64,000 nucleotides of DNA from Podarcis melisellensis (taxonomy: Eukaryota), in NCBI GenBank assembly GCA_964234715.1, contig OZ174278.1; one strand, written 5' to 3'. Positions 23,960-37,983 of the stretch are shown one piece after another. The notes beneath the pieces are model-generated. The model searched no databases. It saw only the letters and a program-made list of their open reading frames with translations, and was not told the origin of the DNA. The translations under genes were made by a program, and so were the position numbers. Every line of letters starts with the position of its first letter. Within the stretch, counting starts at the first letter, position 1.

Positions 23960-26900
23960 TCCTATATCATATATTTTTTGTCAGATTAGGTCCTGGAAAA
24001 CAACTGATTAAGTCTGGGATGGGGAACCTATGGCCCTTCAGATGTTGAATATCAACTCTTAAGTTGGAGTCCAGCAACATCTGGAGGATCACCAGTTCTG
24101 CACTCCTGAACGCAGGTAATCCATATGATTCAAATAAGATGCAATTTCTGATTCTTTGGTTCAATCAAATCCACGTATGTTTTGCACAGATTGCGCCAAA
24201 TTTGTTGAACCACATTTTACTACCATTCTTGATCCACTTTTCAGTCCTTTCTTATTACCATATGATTTCACTATATTATTTTCGAAGGACTTAAGAAAGA
24301 TGAAAAATAAATAAAAACTTCTCATGTGATTTGCTCATTTCACCCTGCATCAGAGTGGCATGGGATACCATTGCAGGAAAAGTGACCCCATGCTTCTCTG
24401 GTGGAAGGTGTGAGCTAAAAAATTCTGATTATAGTACTGAGCTCCAGATACCATTAAATGACATCCTATGAATCTCCATCTTTATCCATGTATCTGCTCT
24501 TTCTCTGTGGCTAAACAGAGGAAGCATGCATCGTCCTATTAGCTGCCTACAGCAGATTTATTTCCTGACTTCACTGCCTCCTCCATCACCGTCAATCAGA
24601 CACTCTGGGCAGTGACTGCCTAGGTTTCTATATGATTTCAGAAACTGGCAGACCCAACTGGATTAAAGTGAAGCACACAGTGCAAGCATAAGCTGCTTTG
24701 TCATGGCATGAATAAGCTGCTGGGCCATAACCACTTATGCTGCTCCGTTTAAGCACTGAAGCACTCCATGGCATGCACATAAGTAGGTTCTCTGCCCTAA
24801 AGCTTTGTCGTCCAAAGGTCAACTTATTATAGGTTCAAAGCAATACAGCAGAAAGTAGCAACAGCAGGAGTCCAATATAACCAGAATATGTCACGGAGAT
24901 CCGACACACTTTGCAAAGCTCTCTTAAATAGCTGTGTTCACAAAGAAGAATGAGGAAGGATGGCCTCTGGGTACTATATCCAAGGAGCTGCATTAAGTCT
25001 TACACCCCAAACCGTAGCCTAATTATTTAGATGCAAAACTAACTTAAAATGGACTTTGGGGGTGGGAGCAAGCAGAGACATATAGGAGTATGGTGAAAGT
25101 CATAAAGTGTAAGGCAATAAATTTGCAATAAACTATATTTTACAGAAATAGTTGGCCCCAAATGCGATGCTTTCATCACAAGCAAAACTTCCCCTTTCCA
25201 CTACTAGAACAACTATTTAACGTTAGGGCTATGTACACACCATACATTAATAGAACATTGTTTTCCTCCAAGAATCCTATGCATACAGTATGTGTGGTAT
25301 AAAGTATTATGGAAATTGTTGTAGTTAGATAGCTTCTTATATGGTATTGAGGAACAGGTCTGAGTGGTAAAAAGAGACTCCAAGAAGAATCAGTTTAAAA
25401 GTTAATTTATGTACTTCTTTTTTGCAGCTTTTATCCCATTGCCCCTCGCAGCCCTTTTATTTTCCTGTATCTAGCTTGGTCTGCAATGTTAATCATTGTG
25501 ACCATGGTAAATGGTTTGTATTAAGGAGAATTTAATTAAATAGTGAAAGGCTACATGTTTCCATCCTTCTCTTTTTCTCCAGCCAAGGAATCAAGGGTTG
25601 TTGTTGTTTAATTAACAGCCCAAACAGGTTGCATTCAGAGTAAGTGAAACCTTCAGGCCTTGGAGCCAGTTGTTCTATTTAGTAACGATATGCCTTATTA
25701 CCTTGACAGGACACATTGCACAATCCCAAATTAGATGATTAAAAAGGGCAAGATCTAATTCTGTGTCACTGCTTTCACAGAGACTGATTCACCTTTATTG
25801 CCATTGCTGCTAATGTCCGTAGTCATCTCTCTCCTTGGCACTAAACGTACTAAAGGCAAGTTCCCACATAATGCCTCCCGCTTGGAATGATTTCTGAAGA
25901 GAAATACAGAGAAAGCAAAACTTTAAAATTAGATATGGAAAGGAAGGTTGACGTTGCTGTCCACATTTTGTTTTCTATGGTTGGTATTCAATAGGTTTTA
26001 CACAGAGTAGGCCCCTTAAAATGGACCCAACTTACTAATGTTCATTCATTTCACATTTCTTCTTTCTTGCCAGGTTTTCAGTCTCTGCGGCTTCAACATT
26101 GTCCTTTTCCTCCTGAATGCTGAACCATCACTGAACAGCTTCCTTTGGCCTACAGCAACCTCTCTTGTCACTTCCTTCTCAATCCTTTTTTCTTTGAGAT
26201 AGCCTTCAACAATTAAGCCCTTTGTCTTGTTTTCTCAACAAGGACTATTTTTCTTGGGAGAAAGAAAGAAATTCTGATCTTGTTTCCCTTGTTTTGTCCC
26301 AAATACCTTATGAGGTCACTCAGTCGCCTAAAGTACTGTTTTAGTAGACATGCTAGCTTCTGGGACAGATTTACCAGACTGACACCAGCCTGCCCTCAAG
26401 CAGAACCCATCCCCTAGCACTGGAGCCATGTTCCTAAACTGCTGTATGAGAAATGAGCTAAGAGGAAGGCACGTTTGGCAAACCCTTACTGTGATCAACT
26501 CCTGCACGGAAACCTATGTCCCCACTGTGGAAGGACATGTGGATCCAGAATTGGCCTCCATAGTCGCTTGCGGACTCACTGTTAAAACTGTGTTTATGGA
26601 AGACAATCTTACTCAGCTATGAGTGATCACCAAAGAAGAAGACGACAAATAGCGTATGCCAAACATCCATACATGTTAGTAAGGGTTCATTAGCTGAGTA
26701 GTTTGAGCTGCTGGATGGAGCAAGTGCCAAGTCCAGATATTAAAATCTAAACCAGGACTAGTGAACTGCTGGCCAGAAGGATGTGTCCACTCCCCAAACA
26801 TTGTTTCTGGAGTCCCAAGCCAAGGCAATGTAGCAATGAGGCCAACAAAGTGGTGCTGGGCTGGGTGGGTGGAGAGGAACCTCTAAGCTGGATCATGTAA

Positions 26901-29900
26901 GAAACGGAAGGAAATCTGTGTGCATGCAATGTGGAACGCATGCATATATGTACTCTAGTGTGCATTTAATGTGTGTTTGTGTGTGTTTTATGTATGTCTG
27001 GTATGTGCATGCATCTTCCAGTTGTTGGGTGCTCCTGTTCTCAGCAGACAGTCTGCTCTGCTCCAGGAAGTGTTTCAATGGGGTAATGCAGTCTTTTGGC
27101 CTAAAGGTTTTACCAACCCCAATATCAACTATATGCTTTTAAGCTTCCAAATACTATGTTGCCAAACCGATTTGCTGCTTCTTTTCCCTTTCTTCTTGGT
27201 GTTTCAAGCATCCCACATTGCTTGTTTGCAAATCTTTGTAAGGCTTTACATATTTTATTTTTTTCCTATTTGGATGAAACACATTTCCCATTGAAAGAGA
27301 TTGAGGCTCCATGTTTAAATGTAATATATCTTTCAGTATGTCAATGATCCAGCAGCAATGCCAGCACACATTCTTTGTGGGGTTTTAGTATTGATGGAAA
27401 AATAATATCATTATATGGTTATCTAGGCTTCCTGATAAAATACTCCCCGTGTTTATTTCCCCTGATATTTATTTTAAGTTACACAGTGAAATATCTCATT
27501 CTGTTTAATAGCTTTCTGCTTTTCTATTTTCTTTTTGGAGGGGAGAGGTTCTGAATGCATCAGTTCCCATTTCTCAGTAGAATATATATTTCTGTCACTT
27601 GGATGATAAGTTTTAGATGATAACTTTTGGCTTGAAAGCTCCTTTTAAACTCTGGTGTGCGTATGTGTAACTATAATTATATTACTGTAGGTCTTTTCAT
27701 ATTTCATATAGTTCCTATCTAAGCTATAACTAAATACTGGCTTTTCTTTCCCTACTTCATTTAATCTCTATCAATGCTCTGACTACACTGCTGTTTTTCT
27801 TTTGTGATTTTATTTGATTTAGATTAAAATAGGTTCTTTTGAAATTCTGTTTATCTCATCTATTTGGTTAGCTTTAGTGTTGTACTCTGAAATTGAAACT
27901 AGGTGACAAGTTTTCAAATTTGGTTGATCCAATATTCCACTTCCAAAATGGGAGACTGGTTGTCGTCGTCGTCGTCCCCCCTCAAGCTAATGGAGGCTAG
28001 ATAGATTATTTACTAAAGTCCGAAAAAGAACTTTGTCCATGTGAGTGTTAGTTTTTCTTTTTCCTCTACTCTGATTTGTTGGCAATATCTCAACCATTTC
28101 TTTTTATGTGTTTATATTCACACGTCAGCTTGAATGTATGAGTAAGGGAAGGATAAAATTTAAATCAATAGACTAAATCTTAAATATATTTGTTAGGAAG
28201 TAAGTCCCAGTGGGACAAAGCAGTTATGATTGCCCTATGATATCTTCAGTAGCATTTTACCCCCCACTGCTTTCTTATATTTCATGGATTTTTCATACTG
28301 TTTTGTTGCATAACCATTCTTCCTTTCTCTTTGTTGCAGAATATGGAGAACAGTCCATTTTATTTTTGTACTTTAAAAGATCAGGACTTTGGGAAATATG
28401 TGGACTAAGCCTATGTAAGAAAAGGTATAGTAGTTCTAGACAATAGTTGTTTGAAAGTTACTCCTTCTACAAACTGATAAAGCTGAGTGATAGGGATACA
28501 ATGGATGCGCTGGGAATCTCTAACATGTTCCTGCTGTCCCTCACATAATGCTAATTGGATGAGGTTTTAAATACTTCAATAAGATTGGTTTCTCTCAAAG
28601 AAGCTTTTCAGTGCAAGGAACCAATGATTAAAAACTCTCTATGCTGTGCTGGTGTAACCGATCACACCTACACCCCTCCATATTATTCCACACATCATAG
28701 TCTCACCTAAAACGGGAACAAATATTGCTTCTCTGGAAATACCACCAATGCTTCTCCAGGATGCTTTTGTTTAAGATCAGTCACATTACAAAACTTCTTG
28801 TCTGGAAATTGGAAAGCACTGATAGTAGTTCTACTTTTTTAGTATCCAGATTTCCATTTTGGATGGGATTGTTATGAGTTGACAACCAGTCAACTGAAAC
28901 AAGCATAAACTGAAAAGTCCAGGAGGATTACCAGGTTTCAAGCTAGCAGTCTATTTAATGCCCTGGCCTCACCAATACACTTTTTGCAAATTAGAAAATG
29001 TACTAATTCATGTATTTATAATTGAGCTTTTGAAAACATGGGTTAGTCGCAGCATATTTAAACAGCATGGCTTGAATCCTAAGATAAATTAACCTAAAAA
29101 TATTTCTCATCTCTTCCATACACCTGCTGAGGTCAAGATTATCATTTATGTTATTGACAGCAACACACACAAACTGCTTACTTTTTAAATGTAGTATCTC
29201 ATTAGTCTAGTGGCTGGAATGCTATGGTAACTTACCTGTTTACCATGACCCCTGGGAAAAATAAATCATGCATTATGTATTAAAAACTCTTCTGTAACAA
29301 TACAATGCATATGGATCCAGATATATTAAGACATAGTCCTTTAGAAAAAAAGTTTCAGAAAGTGGATTGCATTTTTTTAAAAGCGTTGTCTTTTTATAGA
29401 AATTGGACACTGTCTCAACAAATAGACATAAAACCGACACATTTAATAGAATTTTCTAGTAGTACTGACAAGGTGGCAATTTTGTGAAATCCAGCCGCTT
29501 CTTTTGTTAAACGTTTCCTCCAATCTGAGATGAAAATTGGGGTTAGAAGATTTGAACTAACAACTAAAAACATATTACAGTTAATAGGTAGGTAAGCCAC
29601 ACAAATAATTACCTACATAAAGATTTCTAAATAAACTCCTAAAAGGGAGCTTTGAAGGAAAATACTAATATAATTCATGCAGCATGCTTGTACATCATTC
29701 CTTCTATTTCTGATGGCCAGGTTTGACTGCTGATACTTATCATGTCAAAATGGCATCACCTAGGCACAAGAAAGAGGTGTCACACTACTCAAGGGTGCTC
29801 AGTTGTTTGCAGAAGTACCCCATATGAATGATAGGAAAAAATATTCTCAAGGTGTTGAGCAGTTTCCACTTATCAAAGCATAAAGTGCAATATATACTGC

Positions 29901-29912
29901 AATAAGTGTCCC

Positions 29913-30027
29913 CAGTGCTATTTTTCCAGAAAAATATGTGCCAGAACTCACCATAAACACCTCCCTCATTCTCTTATAATGTCACTGAGAAGTGCTGGAA
30001 CTGAGTTCTGGCTGAAAAAAAGCCTTG
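29913..30027. mobile_element. hAT MITE, same family as 51237-51370 in opposite orientation
   Basis: cagtgctattttt..aaaaaaagccttg; TSD agtgtccc/actgtccc. Confidence 0.85.
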
Positions 30028-30962
30028 ACTGTCCCTACGTATCAAAACACAAACAGCATAAATACATAAATATACTATCATTTGCATCATTTTTGTATAA
30101 TTGTTTATTCTCTTTTTATAAATGCTTCTTGAGCATAGTATGTTATATTTGTGGCCCTTTCACATATCAAAAACGTAATACAAGGCTTGATGGATCTGAC
30201 CAAAGGTCTATCTAGTCTAGCATTGTACCTGTACACAGGACTACCATTTAAGAGCAGTAAAATCTCAGATTTCAGAAAGGTGTACACACATTTCAAATGC
30301 TGTGTTTCCTTGCCGCAAACATTGAAACAGAGGGCTGATTGATTGGTGTGGGTATTCTTCTGTGGCATGGACTGGATTTGATTCAGGAGATAAATTGAGC
30401 TACTTGCCCCCAAACCAGTAGAGATCTGGTGCTGAAGAGAAATTGAAGTGCAATGCAACTCCTCTACATCTTCCACTGAAGTACTTTACATTGCCTTCAC
30501 TGTTTCCCCAATGTCAGCGCAGGTATCTATAAATATAACCAGTGCCTTTTTCTGGGAGGGATGCAGGATTACACATATCCCTAAACATTTTGTGAATCTA
30601 GGTTTGGCCTCATTGAGGGGCAGTATTTCAGCATGAGTAGGAAAATGAGAGTACCCCTAAATGCTTTTTTCTTTTAAGAAAAAAAAGCACTGACTATAAC
30701 TTTGCTGGCATGTTTAAAATACACAAGAGAACTCACATGCCACTTCTATGGTTTATAAATATGCAGGAAACTGTACCACATGATTGGGAATCTTTACACA
30801 GGTACGGTTTAGTGTTAGAAACCATGGAGGCAGTGGTAACTACCAGGGTTGGCACCACCATGCACAATGTTTGAACAAATTCCAAGGTCTCACACCAGTG
30901 GTGATGCCTGTCACTGTACCTCTCTGCCTGAGGTCCTCATTCCTGTTCCCTTAGTGACCACA

Positions 30963-31092
30963 ATTGGAGGTTTCTAAGCAGAGGTTGGATGGCCATCTAT
31001 CAAGGATGCTTTAGTTTAGATTCCTACATTGCAGGGGCCTGGACTAGATGACTCTTGGGTCCCTTCCAACTCTACAGTTCTATGATTCTAGA
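30963..31092 (+). mobile_element. CR1 3' end fragment
   Basis: aagcagaggttggatggccatct..ggactagatgac..cccttccaactctacagttctatgattcta. Confidence 0.85.
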
Positions 31093-34030
31093 ACTAGAGT
31101 ATGATAGAGCTAGAGTTTGAGAGAGCGAGAGTATTTTTGATCACCCTTTCTTTTTCACACAACACACCATTAACCTGTGCTTTTAGCTCCCAGAAGATGA
31201 GATTGATAGTTACTAAACGTCATGGACAACTCGGAACCAGGTTACCTACAGCCGCTATATCGACTTGTAAAATTGTTTAAACCGTCTGGGGAAATTTTAC
31301 TTATGGCACCACACCCTCCAGAGTTTCAGAGAGCAGTGATCTGAAAGTGAATATTTCCCCCTATTGGTCCTGCACCTTAGAATGTCCTTCCCTTTGTCAT
31401 GTGGGAAGCAACATCCATCACTTGCTTCTTGTAAGGACATATCTTTTTGTCCAGGCTTCCTGATCCATGATATTAGACCTCATTATTGAACTTATGTTTC
31501 TATAATAACATTTTACTCGTTTTTATGTTATATCTCCATTTTCATCATACTGTTTTATGTGGTAATTTTTATGCTGCTTAGAGGTTTTTAAATATTAAGT
31601 GGTTTAGAAATGCTTATAAATAAAGATTAGACAAATTCATGGTGCTACTAGCCATGGTGACTCCGTGTTCCAGTTGCAGGACATCACAAGTGGAGAGAGT
31701 GCTATTGCAGCAGTCAGACCCTCCTTGTGTGCTTCCCATAGGCAGCTGGTTGGCCACTGGAAGAACAAGATGCTGGACTAGCTGAGCCTTTGGTGGAATC
31801 CAGCAAGGCTCTTCCTACATTCCCTCTTCACATTTCCAAAGTGCAATCAGTAAGACACTATACTCTAGACACTTTTTAAGATACATGTCACAAAAGCAAG
31901 CTCACATAAATGTGATGGGTTTCAACACTGTGATTTACAGATAGAAGGATATTCTGCCTTGCGTCTCTTGGCGAGAGATCTTATGATTATAAAACTCATC
32001 TCTTTCAGAGCTCCCAGAAATCACTGAGAGATACTATGCAGGTAACAAAAACATGATTCTTGATAAGTCAGTCAACAGAGTTAATGTATTTGACCCTTTG
32101 TACTGCTACATGGAGTCCTCATTATCAATATTGCCCAAGCTGTTGCCACAGGCTATTGAAACTGTGGAATCTTGACATTATCATTTTGCATTTCAGCTTA
32201 CTGCTCCTTGCTATAGACTGTTGTCTGTGCTGTGTCAAGCACTAAATATTCCTCCCTGAGGACAACGTGGGAAGATTTAGCGTCATGACTGCCACAGACC
32301 TGTCTGACATGTTTCACATGATCCACTATTATGTGAAATATAACTGTTAGATGTGAAGATTACATATATACAGTAATTTCTGACAAAAGTATGAATGGTG
32401 ATGGATTACTTGATGTAAGGTAAACTGCCCAGCATGATCAAGTATGTGGGTGCCCTTAAAAATGAAAAAAGAAAGAAACTGTCAAAAATGTAAATACGTA
32501 AACTCAGATGTTCAGTGTGAGTGACGTGTGGCCTAAGGCAGCTCCAGCCTGTCATATGACGAGTTCACACTACAGTACTGTCAAAACATTGCATAGCAGG
32601 TAAAAAGTACCATTTATAATTATGCCAACAGCTCTTCATTAGGCTTGAGTTGATAAAGATATGCATATCTCAATCCTATAGAGCTTACACATCTGGTTAA
32701 ATTGTTTGAACAAGACACACACATGCAAAACAAAAAACCCCACAAAAACACCCCACACCCAAAACTAATAAGCTTTAGCTCATTATCAAAGAACTTTGCC
32801 ATCCTGATATGAGATCTAAGATTATTATAATTTTCCATTAGACTTTAAACACTTCTAGAGTTTGTGGTCCTGTTATCTTAAATGGCCAAGGTCAGGGTTC
32901 TAGATTCTGGAGAAGTCTTCATGCATAAAACTACACCCAGCAAAGTCGCCCCCCCCCCCAATGCTCATGTTATATCTGCTGATGCCAGGAAGAATATGCA
33001 CAATATCAGAATGGGACTACTCTGCATAGCCCCACTCCATATTCTCATGTTTTTCAACGCAAGGAAAGAACGCCCCAGTAGAGTTATATGAATAAGATTT
33101 ATAATCTAATTTTAACATTAGCTTTTTTTTGGTAGGATCCACCTTGACATTTTGGGTGGATACTGGTTCCATCCATTGTAACAATGTATGGAAAATAAGC
33201 AACAAAGAAACAGCCTCCTCTTGCAGACTCACTTACTATACAAAAAAAAAGTGTCCCTGCACACATTTAGAAGATAGGAAGAGACAGATTTGTCATCTAG
33301 ACAAGTTCTGTCCTTCAAGCAAGACATACTATTATTCACAAGAACAATCAGAAAACAATCAGCTTTAATCGATCAGGACAGGCTGTATAATTGAGAGATT
33401 AATGCAGGAAAGAATGCAAACCTACATGGCGGGAAGTTGTGAAATTGGCTGAATGGTGGGGAAACATGGCTATGGGCATGGAACTTTGCAGATCAGGTGT
33501 TAAGAGTGAAATGGCTCTTTTTCTTCACAGCCCTTCACTGTTTCAGTAGGGGGGGATTTTAATCTTAGAATATGTTCAAAGCACGTTTTTATGGCCTGTT
33601 GTTTAAAAGATTCAACAGGAAATTTCTTCAATACTTTGTATTTTAAGACCATTTGTTGTGAATTTATACTATGTAATCACCTTTGCTTGAGGCAGTACCT
33701 CACTTGACTGGGAAGGCCCTACAAGACCTTGCATAGGTGGGAAGAGGTGATCTTGCAGGAAATTTGGTCTTAAGCCTTGAAGGGCTCTAAAGTCAAAGCC
33801 ATCACTTTGAACTGACTCTAGAAGCAAACCAGAAGTCCAAATGTAGAGACAATTCACCAGATGAGGTAGTCACAGCTAGCCTCAGCTCATTACCAGTCCT
33901 TTTGAGCCACCCAAGAGGTCACCAGGAGGGCAACCCTGTTTCTTCCAGTTCCTGTTACATGATGCTCTTTGTTTTATGCAACATTTCATATGCTAGCCAT
34001 GTAAAGGGGCAGGGGAAATGCAGTAGTGGC

Positions 34031-34660
34031 TGTTGTGGTGGGGCAGAGCTGCAAAGCTACCCGATATCATGAACTAGAAGGAGGACGGGGAGGAGGAAGA
34101 GGATCCCGGTGAGGGGTGTAGCTGGCAAGCAAGGAATGGGAAGTAAGTACTCACAGGGTGGCAGAGGATGGTGGTCAATGCACAGGAACCAGAGCAGCAG
34201 GACCCGTTACCAGAGCCAGAGGGCCCCCATTTCCATGAACATGGTGGGTTCTGAGGCAGAGGGAGAAGCAGGCAGAGCACTCCAGGAGGCTGAGGCAGGC
34301 AAGGCTCAAAGCCCAGCCCATGAGCTGGCTAGGTGATGTTCACTAGCTCTGAGAGGAGGGGTGTGATTCCTCAGCTGGAGGAGGCTTGGGACAGGTGACG
34401 GTCACATGCCTCAACAATCCCAGATGCTGCAATCAGCATGCAAAGTACCAAAAGAAAGCAGAGCTTAGGGGCTGTGTCTGCTCAACTGTCCATGTTGATG
34501 GACCTCTACAGGACTGTGCTTCAGGTTTGACTCTGGACTGTATCCTGACAGCTGCACTGCATTTTCCTGACCTTTGAACTTTGGATTTGGACTTGGCATA
34601 CTGGCTTTCTGCCAGGTAGGCCAGGGGTTCACAACACCTGCTGACACCAGCATTTTGACA
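34031..34660 (+). mobile_element. Decayed solo-LTR-like element
   Basis: Begins TGTTGTG; purine-rich, acidic-coding 5' half (EEDGEEEEDPGEG) followed by a ggact/tgac-rich 3' half, like the 21199 LTR; no convincing TSD. Confidence 0.5.
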
Positions 34661-36498
34661 GCTCACCTGGATGGAGCTGGGGTGGTGCAGTGTAGTGGCA
34701 ATTGGGTCTGTGTGGATGCATTGATAAGGTTGCCAAGTCAGAAGCAGAAATGTAAGCTAACGGGGATGTCCCAAGGCCCAGCTGAAGAGCGAGGATATTT
34801 TTTTCTCATGTACTTTGGGGGCCTGGGTAGGGGACACTTAATCTTGGCTATTTGCTTAAGCTCTCAGGGAGAGAGGAGCCTAGTGTGGTGATTTTAGATC
34901 TCTCACACTCCCCCCATCTTTCACACTCAGTAGAACAGAGCACAGGCTGATGCCCCTGAATGCTGCAATCCTAAACACATTTACTGGCAGAAGTGACCAG
35001 ATAGGACAATAACACAAAGCAGATTATCTTTCCCTACTTTACACAGAAATTCCTACAAACTATTTTCCATGCTCTGTGTTTAAGACGCAGGATGTGCTGA
35101 GAGCTGTAGTCCACCAAAAGGGACCAACATCATTTGCAGCTGGTGTGATTAAATTCTCTCCTTCCCCAGTGTTGATGGGAATGCATTTTCTTTAAATAGA
35201 GAAAAGCAGGAAAAATAAAGAAAATGTTGTCCTACCACAATCTAGCAGGATATAGGTAGTGGCTACAGCTGCTCAATGGATTCTCTCATCTCCCTACTGT
35301 TAGATTGCTATGCTACTCATGTATCTCCCATTCCATAGCTTGTCCCTCCATGATTATAGGATTGTAACTTCAGTTGAAGTTCCTTACTTTCAAGTCAATG
35401 TACATGATCAGTTGCAATTGTATTATGGGAGCAAAGACAATATTTACCAGAAAAGAAAATATTGTTTTCTACAGATCAAATGATCTTTACACTGTTGCCT
35501 GGCTATTAAATTGTTTTCTATACAGGCTACAAGTATATTTCATCTTTTCTGTGCATTATGTATTTAATATCTAGCTGTTATGATTTAGTTGCTTACCTAG
35601 ACCTTTCTACAGTTTGTGCACTTCACAATCAATAGAAATTAAAGATTATTCTGAAGATAGAGAATCTCTTGTGTTTATGTTGGTTTCATTGGTTTAGGAG
35701 GTGCTTGTATGTGGGGGGAAGAAAGCTAAGAAATAGCTGCATTTACTGTTAGTCGCTCAAAATATATAGTTCACTTTCTTCCTTTCCATTCATTAATGCA
35801 CATGCATGAATGAGCCCTCCAAGGGTAGGTTCAATGCAGAATTGATTAGTAATACTATTACAGTATAATAATCTCATCCCCCCACCCCCTTTCTCTCTAG
35901 TATACTCAAAAGTAAACTGTGGTGTTGTTTTCAGACTATAAGATCAATACAGGCCAAAGAAAATTTCCACACAGGCATTTTTGAGTGGATTGCCTGTATT
36001 AACATACCACAATGAGCTAGGTTTTAAAAAGCTTGATGTTCTTTTTTGATTATTTTTAAGAGGATGAGAAGGAAAAGGTCAAATCTCTTTAAATCCAAGC
36101 GAGTGGCAACTCTAGACTCTGTTAAGTATGTGATAGGGTGTAATTGTACTTGGCATTTGATCTTTGTCTTCTATTGTGTCAGCTTCTTTCAGATGTTTTG
36201 CGCATTAAACTAACCTTGCAAAAAGTGCCACTGGCTTCAAGTTAAGTGTGTGTGATTTTTGAAGGTAGATGGGATGGTGGCATCATGTGCCTTCAAGGAT
36301 TACATACACACACAAACACCTTTGCTGCTCTAGACATGGGTCAGATGTTGGATGGGTTATGCAGTAAAGTTAGTGTTTGTTTAGAAGCTGTTCCTTGGTC
36401 AAGCAACGAGAGTGAGGCCTTGTGGGTAACCAACAAGCCACAAGGACCATGGGAAATAAGTTTTGTTCCTTTAACCCCAGACTAACAGGCTTCCAGGG

Positions 36499-37418
36499 TG
36501 TGAGAGGTTTATTATGAGAAAGGAAACCCCTGATTTAATGAAAGCTTTGACACCTGAGTCCGAAGTTATGTGCATTCCCTCAGTGATGTTATCTGTCCTT
36601 GGTTGCCTGGGAATGTGCATCTGCATAAGCTCCACAGAATGGGAGGAAACTCCTTTGATTTAGGCTCTAGGTTCTTAATGGGTCCAGCTGCCAGAAGTTA
36701 GATTGATTAGCCCTCAAGCCGGTCATTGGAGAATTTAAAAATAATCAGGAGTTATGATTGGTTTCAGGGGTTCCGACGCTACGTGCAAATTGGGGGTAAA
36801 AGATATTGGGAATGGCTGAGAAAGTGCGTTCTGCAATCCGCAAATCGCCCGGCTGCTGATGATCCAACTAAGTAGCCGTCCTTTCGTCCTTTGTGATGGA
36901 GAATTGCGAAAGCCTCTGAATACGGAACATTGAAAGGACTTTAACTATTCTATCTGTGACTTAGTCGTGAGTATGTAAGTCAGTTAGATTTCACAATGTT
37001 CTTCTTTTCTTGCTTGTAACTTACTAAAGAAGTGCCTGCTATTTTAGTATGTTTTCTTATGTTCTTTTAAAATAATTTTTAAAGAAGAAACTGTTTGATT
37101 TGTGTGCCTTTCCGGGGGGGGAAAGCTAATTCCTAGCCTTACGCTTGGTTGCGCTCTACTGTAGAATTTCTGTCTGCAAGTCTGTAGATACAACTTGTGG
37201 AGTGGGGATAACCAGCAATAACGGGGCACAGCCTTCTCCCTGGGTTGTGGCTCTGGGTTCCCCGGAACAGAGGGAGTGGTGGCAGCCTTACCGGTTCTAT
37301 TTTGTTCTGTTTCTGTAAAACGTAAACGCGCCTGCCAGCCCTGCTCAAGAAACCTGGTCTGGCCAGAGAGCAAGGCAGGTGAGGGAGGGGGCGAGTGGCT
37401 GGGGGCAAGTTTTCCACA
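36499..37418 (+). mobile_element. Probable solo LTR, about 920 bp
   Basis: TGTGAGA...TTCCACA ends, local CpG enrichment at 36720-37330 and an internal AT-rich block; TSD not clear. Confidence 0.55.
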
Positions 37419-37847
37419 GGTTACCACTTGGGAACAACATGGGCACCACTTTGGGTTCCATGGTGCAGGAAAGGTGATAAATTTAAGAAAATAATGAACT
37501 ATCTATCTATAAAATATTGCAAGCTCTTTCGTGCATGGCAGGGAAATACAGCTTAACAGCTGTGAAAAACAGAGGAATGTGATGCTGCCAATATGTAGTA
37601 TATTTCAGATAATTTATCAAGGAAGAACACAAAAGATTTGTCAAATACTCTGATTTCCACTGAAGTATCCACATTATATAATCTTGCAAATACAACTGAG
37701 TACAATCCTATAGAAAAATGACTCTCCACCATCCTGGTTCTGTCCTTAATATTAAATGGAATGTATACTGTTCTCTAAAGAGATACGGTCTAGTTAATCA
37801 TCCAGTACAAGACCAGTGATACAAATGAATCTGTTAATGCCTTTGAG

Positions 37848-37983
37848 CAGGCATAGGCAAACTCAGTCCTCCAGATGATTTGAGACTACAATTCCCATCA
37901 TCCCTGACCACTGGTCCTATTAGCTACAGAAGATGGGAGTTGTGGTCCCAAAACATCTGGAGGGCCAAGTTTGCCTATGCCTG
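37848..37983. mobile_element. Palindromic hAT MITE
   Basis: TIR caggcataggcaaact / agtttgcctatgcctg; perfect TSD cctttgag. Confidence 0.93.
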
